DNA of 64,000 bases, taken from contig CAYPFM010000001.1 of the NCBI GenBank assembly GCA_964410185.1, positions 16,860-80,859 on the forward strand, read 5' to 3'. Below are positions 18,122-28,375 of this stretch, one piece after another (the first letter of the stretch is position 1; every line of letters begins with the position of its first letter). The DNA is from an uncultured Candidatus Saccharibacteria bacterium (GTDB taxonomy: Bacteria > Patescibacteriota > Saccharimonadia > Saccharimonadales > JAUPVS01). Under the pieces are notes generated by a model. The model did no database searches and was not told where the DNA came from. It was given only the letters and a program-made list of their open reading frames with translations. Both the position numbers and the translations under genes were made by a program.

Positions 18122-18718
18122 ATGAAACGAGACTTTTCCCCACATGGCTTCGCCGCCCCTGTTGTTTTACTCGGGCTGGTGGTGCTTTTTGTGATTGGTG
18201 GCATTGGCGCCTACCTCTATAGCCAGCAAAACCACACCGTTAAAAAGCCAACCACCGCTGTTAAGCTGGCCACGCCCGACGGCCAAAGCACCTCCCCCGG
18301 CGGCGTTCCAGTTGGAGCCAATAGCTCACCGGCTGCAGCCGCCCCTTCTAACGGCGATACCACTATTACGGTCAGCGGCGCCGGCTTCCAAATCACGGTA
18401 CCGGCTTCCCTGAAAGATTTAACCTACCACGTTAACGGCGGTAATGTTACCTTCTCGACCACTACCCTGACGGCCGCCATCCCGGCCTGCAGTGCCAACA
18501 GCGGTAGCGGTGCTTTTGAAACCATCACCCGAGGGACTGGCACCTACAAGCCGCCCACCAACGCCGCCAACGGGAGCCTTTTGAAGCAATATGGTGATTA
18601 CTACCTGGCTTATACCCTGCGAACCGGACCTTGCGCCAAGGGGCTGTCGGTCGCCAACCAGAATCTTTTAGACGACCAGACCCAAGCCTTTTACGGGGCG
18701 TTGAGCACCGTACGATAG
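18122..18718 (+). CDS. hypothetical membrane-anchored secreted protein (198 aa)
   Basis: N-terminal TM helix, then a Ser/Thr/Ala-rich linker and a Cys-containing domain. No family recognised. Confidence 0.6.
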   Translation: MKRDFSPHGFAAPVVLLGLVVLFVIGGIGAYLYSQQNHTVKKPTTAVKLATPDGQSTSPGGVPVGANSSPAAAAPSNGDTTITVSGAGFQITVPASLKDLTYHVNGGNVTFSTTTLTAAIPACSANSGSGAFETITRGTGTYKPPTNAANGSLLKQYGDYYLAYTLRTGPCAKGLSVANQNLLDDQTQAFYGALSTVR

Positions 18719-19094
18719 AGGTTAGGTTGCGACAACTGCGTTAAGCACAACCAGTAACAGGGGTGGCACCCATTGACACGCCACCGCGGATGTGTTAGCA
18801 TTACCAGGTTAAACGAGGCTTGTGTGTGAGTACCACCCGTACGAGTTCCCTTGAGAACTTTAAGTTGTTCTACGAAGAGCTTAAGTTCATCAAACCAACC
18901 CATCACCGAATCCGTCGCAACCGCGTCGTTTTGGTGACAAAGTAAGCAAATCAACCCAGTAGTATTATTCGTCCTGCGTCCTCGGCCTTGGGCCTGCGGA
19001 TGCAGCACTCACAACACTGCTGGGTTTTTCTTTTCCCCAATTTTTAGAGGCTTTTCCACTGGCATTTTCTCCACCGTCATGTCAATATGTTGTC

Positions 19095-19499
19095 ATGGTT
19101 TGTATATACTGCGGCAGCAAAACGAGCATCACTAATTCGCGCCCCCAAAAGCGGGCCCACGCCACCTGGCGCCGGCACCACTGTTCGAGCTGTGGTGCCA
19201 CGTTTACCACCCAAGAGCGGGTTGATTTAGCCGCTTCTGTGGCATTTGTTGGCGCAAATGGCATCGATGTACCCTTCAGCCGTGAAAAACTCCTACAAAG
19301 CCTATATGACAGCCTCAAGCACCGCGCCGACCCCCTATCGGAAGCGCTTCACCTAACCGATACGGTTATTAGCAAACTCATCCCCCAGGTCAACCAAGCC
19401 AGCCTATCGCGTGACGTTGTCGTACGCACCGCGCACCAGGTCTTAGGCCGCTTTAATACGGCCGCGGCGGTCTCGTACCGGGCTTTCCATCCCTACTAG
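19095..19499 (+). CDS. nrdR: transcriptional repressor NrdR
   Basis: Zinc ribbon MVCIYCGSKTSITNSRPQ...HHCSSCGATFTTQERV followed by a short ATP-cone-like region (VPFSREKLLQSL). Confidence 0.85.
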   Translation: MVCIYCGSKTSITNSRPQKRAHATWRRHHCSSCGATFTTQERVDLAASVAFVGANGIDVPFSREKLLQSLYDSLKHRADPLSEALHLTDTVISKLIPQVNQASLSRDVVVRTAHQVLGRFNTAAAVSYRAFHPY

Positions 19500-21097
19500 G
19501 CTTTGTCTTTGTGCTCAACAACGGCTTTTTCGGTGACGTCGAATTTGTCGATGTAGCGGCCAAACATCAGGCGCGTCTGCGCCGTCAAACCAGATAGACC
19601 GTTATAAATAATGGTTGTGAACGGCAGATAAACCCATTGTAGCGTCATCCAAATGTGGCGATGCTTTTTATAGCGGGCTGGCTTGGGTGGCAGCAGCAAG
19701 ATACTGAGGAAGAAGGTGATCACAATCCCTGTTAGCGCTACCGTCTCAATCCGGCTGGCCACCGTTGGCAACTGATTGGCAGCGTAGCTGTTCGGGTGGA
19801 ATATGGCCGGAATAAAGGCTGTAACAGCTACCAGTAAGGCCGCCGTGGCCCAGCTAATATGGCCTTCAAACAAACGCCAGAACTTGGCAATTAAGTCGAG
19901 TTTGGGCAGTTTGTTCTTGCGGAAGAAGCCAAACTCGGCGACATAGGCAATATCGCTACAGCCCCAGGCCCAACGACGGAGCTGGATGAACTGGGCTTTG
20001 AGGGTGCGGCGATAGGTGGCCGACAAAACAGCGTCCTGGTAGATGGGTGCGAAGATTGGATACACCTCGTAATCGCCATCAAACGCGAAGTAACTGCGCC
20101 AGAACTGGTGGCCATCTTCGACAATCGTCCGAGCGCTCCAAAAATCAGTTTCGATTAAAGCGGCTAGGGGCTGGGCGTGCGATGAAAAGTTACGCAACGC
20201 ATGCAAACGAGTCGCGGCCACCACTTGGAAAAACGAGTTACCAGTGGCGATAACCCGCATAGGCGCTGGCACGTCCCAGATGTTCTGGGTATAGAGAGCG
20301 ATTGGCTGATAGGACGTGTGCAAGGGATTTGGTGAAGCGGCAAACGTGTAGCTCAGCGCAGCTAAGTAGTTAACGTGCGGGCGATTATCGGAATCGAGCG
20401 TCGTAACGTTGACATGCAAGGGGTTGATGCCCTGTTCCTCAACATACTTTTGCAGGGCACGACCGGCGTAATTAATGTTGCCGCCCTTGCCTCTCACTTC
20501 TCCCTCGGTCAGGGGGTGTTTGGTAGCAAAAGCGTGCATAAACTGGTCACCATACTCCTTAGTCAGCGCCAACGCCGCTTCCTCGGACTGGGCGCCATCG
20601 CGACCCTCGTAGGCCAGCACTAAAATAACCCGTTTCATATCGTAGGCACACTGCAAAACCGACTGAATGGTTGGCTCCAAAACCTCACGGCCTTCGTTGT
20701 AGGCGGCGATAATAATGGCATGATAGACCTCGCTTGGCTTGATGACCAAGGGCTGCACCTGTGATCGCAACAAGTTCTCGTAGTGCCACTTAGGGCGGAC
20801 CGCGTTTGGATCAGTCACCTCGCCCGACTCCAGCTCCAGCAATAGTTGTGGCCAATCAAGCTTTTGCTGGGCCTGCAATTTACGCCAGCCTTCGATGACC
20901 CGCACGTTCATACCAATAGCTTTAGCAAACCAAATCAACAGATAGACAATTAACGCGTACACCAGAGCTGTGGGCCAAAAAATACTCAAGATAAATGGCG
21001 AAAGCAGGATGCTCCAACTGACCATGCCCGGTAGTTTTTCAAAGAACAGATAGCGCTTACTGCGGTCTTCTTTGAATGGAATCTCGATGTTTTTCAT
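19496..21097 (-). CDS. membrane-embedded family 2 glycosyltransferase (processive, cellulose/PNAG-synthase-like)
   Basis: N- and C-terminal TM bundles flank a GT-A domain with TTLDSDN (DxD) and FIQLRRWAWG (QxxRW). Confidence 0.8.
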   Translation of the reverse strand: MKNIEIPFKEDRSKRYLFFEKLPGMVSWSILLSPFILSIFWPTALVYALIVYLLIWFAKAIGMNVRVIEGWRKLQAQQKLDWPQLLLELESGEVTDPNAVRPKWHYENLLRSQVQPLVIKPSEVYHAIIIAAYNEGREVLEPTIQSVLQCAYDMKRVILVLAYEGRDGAQSEEAALALTKEYGDQFMHAFATKHPLTEGEVRGKGGNINYAGRALQKYVEEQGINPLHVNVTTLDSDNRPHVNYLAALSYTFAASPNPLHTSYQPIALYTQNIWDVPAPMRVIATGNSFFQVVAATRLHALRNFSSHAQPLAALIETDFWSARTIVEDGHQFWRSYFAFDGDYEVYPIFAPIYQDAVLSATYRRTLKAQFIQLRRWAWGCSDIAYVAEFGFFRKNKLPKLDLIAKFWRLFEGHISWATAALLVAVTAFIPAIFHPNSYAANQLPTVASRIETVALTGIVITFFLSILLLPPKPARYKKHRHIWMTLQWVYLPFTTIIYNGLSGLTAQTRLMFGRYIDKFDVTEKAVVEHKDKA

Positions 21098-21466
21098 CTA
21101 GCGCAGGACCAGTAAGGCATTGCTAACAATCAGGGTGAGTGTCAGAAGAATGGTGCCAAAACCGAGGACGATCAGCGCGATGTCCCGGCGCTGCGGGAAG
21201 ATACGCACACTAATGAGGGTGTGAAAAACGAGCACAAAAATCGCTAGCAAAATAAAGCCGAGCAGCGAGACAAAACTTCCCACCTGGTAGGCGTTAAGAC
21301 CAAGGTTGGCACGATACTGGATGAAATAGCCATCGCTACGGCTAGTGTCGAGCCTCAACAAGATTAAGACTGTTGTGACCAACGCTAAAAAGCCGTTGAC
21401 GGTAATCAATAACAATACAAAACGGTCGTGCAAATATTTCTTAGGTATGTCCATATTTCCGCTCAT
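21098..21466 (-). CDS. hypothetical 4-TM membrane protein (122 aa), directly downstream of and abutting the glycosyltransferase
   Basis: The ORF's stop directly abuts the GT2 start (21097/21098), so it lies upstream of GT2 on the minus strand. Four hydrophobic helices. Confidence 0.65.
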   Translation of the reverse strand: MSGNMDIPKKYLHDRFVLLLITVNGFLALVTTVLILLRLDTSRSDGYFIQYRANLGLNAYQVGSFVSLLGFILLAIFVLVFHTLISVRIFPQRRDIALIVLGFGTILLTLTLIVSNALLVLR

Positions 21467-21510
21467 TATAGACCAAAACTAGGATGTTTGGGACGATACT
21501 TTTTTGGCTG

Positions 21511-21649
21511 CTATGGTTTTTGGAGCGCGATTTAACCAGAACTTAAGAATTCAGATTAAACGAGTTAAGAATTCTACTCCTGTTAAGATTCTTAACTTAA
21601 TTCATCTGAATCATTAAAAACCCATTAAATCGTGCTCCAAAAACCATAG
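21511..21649. mobile_element. MITE-like palindromic element, copy 1 (139 bp)
   Basis: Terminal inverted repeats CTATGGTTTTTGGAGC...GCTCCAAAAACCATAG. The arms pair imperfectly over about 65 bp, with internal TTAAGAATTCAGATTAAA. A second copy lies at 62269-62398. Both are just 3' of a tRNA gene. Confidence 0.7.
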
Positions 21650-21670
21650 TCTACAAAAATGAATGAATGG

Positions 21671-21745
21671 TGGTGCGAGTAGAGAGAATCGAACTCTCCT
21701 CTCAGCCTTGGGAAGGCTGCATAATAGCCACTATACGATACTCGC
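21671..21745 (-). tRNA. tRNA-Gly (anticodon CCC), CCA encoded
   Basis: Reverse complement: acceptor GCGAGTA/TACTCGC, anticodon arm CAGCC-TTCCCAA-GGCTG, T arm GAGAG-TTCGATT-CTCTC, 4-nt variable loop, discriminator A, then CCA. Confidence 0.88.
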
Positions 21746-21836
21746 GAGTAAGGGACGGCATCGACGTGCTTGCACGGAGATGTCTCACGGCGAGCGAGTG
21801 CCAAGCCGCAGGCTTGGATCCTCGCGAAACAATAAT

Positions 21837-21998
21837 TGGAGCCACCTAGCAGGAGAACGCTGCGCTACCCCCTGCGGGCCATGCTCGAAGTAAACTTCTG
21901 CGCGTGGCTCTGGTGGTCGAACTGCGGCTACGCCGGACAGTTCGCTCCTTCTTGGTTGTTAAATCTTAAAGTACTGCCAAACGGCAATACTTTAAGAT
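21837..21998 (-). repeat. tRNA-trailer 'echo' module, Thr copy: hairpin plus conserved core plus exact 18-nt copy of the tRNA-Thr 3' end
   Basis: In tRNA sense, a hairpin ATCTTAAAGTA.TGCC/GGCA.TACTTTAAGAT (21962-21998) comes first. Next come CGGC-GTA-GCCG, GTTCGA, CACGCGCAGAAG-TTTA-CTTCGAGCATG (21880-21906) and GTAGCGCAGCGTTC. The module ends in TCCTGCTAGGTGGCTCCA (21837-21854), which is identical to 21999-22016. Confidence 0.7.
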
Positions 21999-22074
21999 TG
22001 GAGCCACCTAGCAGGATCGAACTGCTGACCTACACGTTACGAATGTGTCGCTCTACCAACTGAGCTAAGGTGGC
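21999..22074 (-). tRNA. tRNA-Thr (anticodon CGT), CCA encoded, discriminator U
   Basis: Reverse complement: acceptor GCCACCT/AGGTGGC, D arm GCTC-AGTTGGTA-GAGC, anticodon arm ACACA-TTCGTAA-CGTGT, T arm AGCAG-TTCGATC-CTGCT. Confidence 0.9.
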
Positions 22075-22087
22075 ATTCAAGAAGAGT

Positions 22088-22204
22088 TTAGTGCCAGATG
22101 ATGATAAAAACAAGGACAAGCGATATCAAGATAACCACGAGCAGCTCGAGGAGTGTGAAGCCTTGTTGGTTGTTTTGCAACGTTCTCACCGTTTTACCCA
22201 CCAT
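22088..22204 (-). CDS. 38-aa prepilin-like mini-ORF (class III signal peptide plus hydrophobic helix only)
   Basis: Hand translation: MVGKTVRTLQNNQQG|FTLLELLVVILISLVLVFIIIWH*. It is below the ORF-track length cutoff. AAAGG lies 8 nt upstream of the ATG. It may be a truncated pilin remnant. Confidence 0.4.
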   Translation of the reverse strand: MVGKTVRTLQNNQQGFTLLELLVVILISLVLVFIIIWH

Positions 22205-22306
22205 ATTAATACCTTTAGAATAGGAGGAGTTGGGCTATCTAGTCAACTTCTGGTGGCAAAACTGGTACAATAAATCCTGAAAAGCAATAACGTGGTAGGG
22301 ACAGAA

Positions 22307-23152
22307 ATGCAAAGCTTGGCGAAAACAAAACTTGGGGGTCGTACTGGCCGATGGTTTTTGGCTTTTACGCTGTTAGTTGCCCTCTTGGCAACGCCGCTGG
22401 CTGTCCATGCTGTCACGCTTATCTCGCAAGGCTATCTGTCCGATGGCGTCCTGCCAGTGGGCGCGATTGTAAGTCTTAAAAAAGACACCGTCGATTTTGT
22501 AGAGAGTACCACCTCTAACACCACCAATAATATTCTTGGGGTAGTTATTAACAACGGGGGCTCACAGGTGTCGGTGGCATCCGAAAAGAGTAATCAAGTC
22601 CAGGTGGCCACGAACGGACTGGAACCGGTGCTGGTTTCGAACATCAATGGCGACGTGGCTGTTGGTGACGCTATTACCGGTTCACCGATTGATGGCGTGG
22701 GCATGAAGGCCACTGGCAACGCCAAAGTAATCGGTATCGCCCAGGATACGCTGCCCAACAATAACAGTAGCAAGCAGACCTACAAGGATAAGTCTGGTCA
22801 ACAGCACGACGTCATCATCGGCACCGTACCAGTACTGGTGAACGTGGCCTACTTCTACAAGCAACCCGATAAAACCCTCTTCCCTTCGGCTGTTCAAAAC
22901 ATTGCGAATGCCCTGGCGGGCAAACCTGTCAGTGCCCTACCGATTATTATTTCCATCGGTATTTTTATCGTTACTTTGATCTTGGTGGTGAGCATTGTGT
23001 ATTCGCTTATCAAGAGCAGTATTATCTCGGTGGGACGCAATCCGATGGCCCAAGCCGCGGTCTACCGTAATGTTATTCAGTTGTCTCTGTTGGTGCTGAT
23101 TATTTTAGCGGCCGCGGTGGCGTCGATTTACCTCGTTTTAAGGCGGTTTTAA
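22307..23152 (+). CDS. exported protein with C-terminal two-helix hairpin resembling an ATP synthase c subunit (loop GRNP) but lacking the carboxylate; first gene of the atp operon
   Basis: Signal peptide ...LLATPLAVHA, an extracytoplasmic domain of about 190 aa, then LPIIISIGIFIVTLILVVSIVYSLIKSSIISVGRNPMAQAAVYRNVIQLSLLVLIILAAAVASIYLVL. Its stop is 3 nt before the b-like gene. The ATG at 22307 was preferred over the GTG at 22292. Confidence 0.7.
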   Translation: MQSLAKTKLGGRTGRWFLAFTLLVALLATPLAVHAVTLISQGYLSDGVLPVGAIVSLKKDTVDFVESTTSNTTNNILGVVINNGGSQVSVASEKSNQVQVATNGLEPVLVSNINGDVAVGDAITGSPIDGVGMKATGNAKVIGIAQDTLPNNNSSKQTYKDKSGQQHDVIIGTVPVLVNVAYFYKQPDKTLFPSAVQNIANALAGKPVSALPIIISIGIFIVTLILVVSIVYSLIKSSIISVGRNPMAQAAVYRNVIQLSLLVLIILAAAVASIYLVLRRF

Positions 23153-23155
23153 ATT

Positions 23156-23770
23156 ATGTGGGTGGCATTCTTACAGATCTTTATCCTCGTCGATGTTTTG
23201 ATTATTGGCCTACTGGCGCCGTACTTATATCGCCACGCCCGTGCCCACTTTAAGCCCGAGGAGCACGACGCCCATGCCGAAAACACCGACGCCGCCCTGC
23301 CCGCCGCCGTTAAAGCCCGGATTCTCAAAGACTCCGAAGTAAAGTTCGAAGCCGTGGTGACACACTCCATCACCGAACTGCAGCATAATCTTCAGCACAC
23401 CAACAACGAGGTCAATACCATGATCAAGAAGCTGTCGGTTAACGTGGTGAACAACGAGTTGGAGCAATATCGTGATGGCCTGGCAAAGCTTCACACCCAA
23501 GCCGAGAAGGATTTGGGCGACTTTAAGCAGAAGATGGAAGGCCACGAAGCCGAGATGAAACAGAAGTTGGCCGAAGAAATGGCCGTCGAGAAACAGCGGC
23601 TGGTGAAGCAGCTCGACACCAAGCTGGCCGATGCCGTCAGTTCTTTCTTGCTTGATACCCTGCAGCATAATGTCGACCTGGGCAGCCAGAGCACCTACCT
23701 CCTGTCGGTACTCGAGGAGCATAAAGCCGAGTTTATCAAGGAGGTCAGCGATGAAGCTCCAGCTGCATGA
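23156..23770 (+). CDS. atpF: ATP synthase subunit b-like stalk protein (204 aa)
   Basis: A single N-terminal TM helix followed by a long charged coiled-coil. Position is immediately upstream of atpH. Confidence 0.55.
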   Translation: MWVAFLQIFILVDVLIIGLLAPYLYRHARAHFKPEEHDAHAENTDAALPAAVKARILKDSEVKFEAVVTHSITELQHNLQHTNNEVNTMIKKLSVNVVNNELEQYRDGLAKLHTQAEKDLGDFKQKMEGHEAEMKQKLAEEMAVEKQRLVKQLDTKLADAVSSFLLDTLQHNVDLGSQSTYLLSVLEEHKAEFIKEVSDEAPAA

Positions 23771-24233
23771 TGACGTGATTTCGCTGCAAGACCTCAAGTC
23801 GGTAACACTGGAGGTTCGTCAGTACGCCAAATGGTATTCGCAGTACGCCATTAAGACGCGGGTTACCAGTGGCAAGTCTGCCCCGCCACCAGCCGTATCG
23901 CCAGCTGCCGCCACCCTCATCAAAGCCTGGGCCGATGACAAGCCCGATCAAAAGGGTCTCGATGAACTGTTAGCCGCCCTCGGTGAGCTAGAAACTAAAT
24001 CGCCCCGCGTCACCATCACCTTGGCCGCACCAGCACCAGGTAGCCTGCAGCGAACCTTGGTAGATTGGTGTCGCAAGAACATTGCCGCCAACATTTTGGT
24101 CACCTTCCGTTTTAACGCGACTATTCTGGGTGGCCTGGTTGTCCAGCATGGCAGCCACATTTACGATTGGTCGTTCCGCCGGCAAATCCTGTCGGCTCGC
24201 GGTAACTTCCCAGAGGTGCTACGTCGTGTTTGA
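23751..24233 (+). CDS. atpH: ATP synthase subunit delta (OSCP)
   Basis: AAGGAGG RBS. The C-terminus ...VTFRFNATILGGLVVQHGSHIYDWSFRRQI matches the delta/OSCP signature (liGG..v..g....D.S). The start was moved to M41 of the ORF-track entry. Confidence 0.75.
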   Translation: MKLQLHDDVISLQDLKSVTLEVRQYAKWYSQYAIKTRVTSGKSAPPPAVSPAAATLIKAWADDKPDQKGLDELLAALGELETKSPRVTITLAAPAPGSLQRTLVDWCRKNIAANILVTFRFNATILGGLVVQHGSHIYDWSFRRQILSARGNFPEVLRRV

Positions 24234-25726
24234 TGACCAAACCTTTCAAAAACTGGTTGAGGCCGACAATCTCACCGGCGAAGTGGTGGCTTCTAACAGC
24301 TTTATTATCGAAGTAAAGGGTTTGGAAGGGGTGCGGTTAGGTGCCGAGGTCCTGTTTGAGGACGGCCAGCATGGCCTGGTGCGCGAGGCCTACGGTGACC
24401 GCGTCATCTTGTTCAACATTACCTCCGAAAAAATGAAGCCGGGTACCCTCGCGGTAGTGGCCAGTGACCTCCTCAGTGTGCCAGTTGGCAAGGAATTGGT
24501 TGGCCGGGTGGTTTCGCCGATGGGTGAACCGCTCGACGGCAAGGGTCCGATTAGCGCCAAGGCACGTTCGGGCGTCTTTAACCCAGCTCCCGGCATCATG
24601 GCTCGAAGTATGCTGAACGAGCAGCTGGCCAGCGGCGTGGCTGCCGTCGACATGTTCTTCCCAGTGGTGCTGGGCCAGCGTATTGCCATCCTGGGCGATA
24701 GTAAATCTGGTAAAAGTACCTTTTTGAGTCAGCTGAGCGCCAACCAGCAAGGCTCCGACCGTATTGTTGTTTACGTTCTGATTGGTAAGCGCAAGATTGA
24801 TATTGAGACACTGCTCGGAGGCCTGGAGGAATCCGGCGCTATGGATCACACCATCGTCGTGTTGGCCGATATTTTCGATTCGCTGACGCTGTCATACCTC
24901 GCCCCATACGCCGCCTGTTCCATGGCCGAATACCTCTGGAAGAACGGCCAAGATACCGTCATTATCTACGACGACCTCAGTAGCCACGCCGAGGCCTACC
25001 GTCAATTGTCTTTGCTGCAAGAAGTCGACCCTGGTCGTGACTCCTACCCAGGTGACATGTTCTATGCCCACTCTTCCCTGTTAGAGCGAGCCGGCAAGCT
25101 GAAAAGTAACATGAAGACGCTAACCTCTTTGCCAGTTATCGTCACGCCCAACGACGATATTACCGCCTATCTGTCGACCAGTATTATGTCGATTACCGAT
25201 GGTCAGATTATCTTTGACTTGGGTGTCTTCCGTAAGGGTATCCGCCCGGCTGTTAACGCCGGTCTGTCTGTGTCGCGTGTTGGTGGTCAAGCTCAAACTG
25301 GACGGCAAAAACGTCTGTCGGGTACACTCTTCAAAAAACTGGCTCGCTACCACCAGGCCGAAGAGTTCTCGCACTTCGGCTCCAGCCTGTCTTTCGAAGC
25401 CAGTATTGACCTGCTGATTGGTCAGCAAATTTATGATGCCCTGCAACAACCACCGTCCGAACGCCACTCCCTGGTTGAGCAGCAGCTGATTCTGGAAACC
25501 ATTATTCTGGGTGGCGGCAAAATGAATATTGACGTGGCTGGCCTCAAGATTGAAGCCCACACTGTCGCTGACCAAATTAAAGACGAGAAGGATTTTGACG
25601 CCCACGAGGAAGCCCTGCTGAAGAAGTTTGGCACCCCTATTGAACCACCCAAGAAGCCCGGCGAGAAAAAGGATGAGGCGGCGGCTGCACCGGCTCCGCA
25701 AGCTGCCAAGCCAGAGGAGGCCACCC

Positions 25727-25740
<14 letters not shown>
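24226..25740 (+). CDS. atpA: ATP synthase F1 subunit alpha, with about 40-aa Pro/Ala/Lys-rich C-terminal tail
   Basis: Walker A GDSKSGKST, plus typical alpha blocks (IIYDDLSSHAEAYRQLSLL, PGDMFYAHSSLLERA). A GTG start at 24226 overlaps the atpH stop, with GAGGTG upstream. The exact start is uncertain. Confidence 0.9.
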
Positions 25741-28352
<2,612 letters not shown>

Positions 28353-28375
28353 GGGCCTGAAGAATATCCCCAGGT

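Noticed and set aside
18691-19008. ORF 18691-19008(-), 105 aa, in the nrdR upstream region.
   Set aside because: It has no RBS, an odd composition (many H, C, W, R), and overlaps the 3' end of gene 18122-18718. The region is treated as non-coding.
21837-21908. The 72 nt ending in ...AGGTGGCTCCA could be a second functional tRNA-Thr, or the tRNA-like domain of a tmRNA.
   Set aside because: A 5-bp acceptor (GCCAC/GTGGC) and a mini D-like hairpin can be drawn. There is no anticodon arm, the T-loop lacks the TTCRA consensus (CGTTCTC), and no tag-peptide reading frame or pseudoknot-like context is evident. The homologous Asp and Pro copies cannot form an acceptor stem at all. It is better explained as part of the echo-module family.
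21663-22273. Plus-strand ORFs 21663-21893, 21667-21849, 21836-22063 and 22070-22273.
   Set aside because: They run antisense through tRNA-Gly, the echo module, tRNA-Thr and the mini-pilin ORF. They are spurious.
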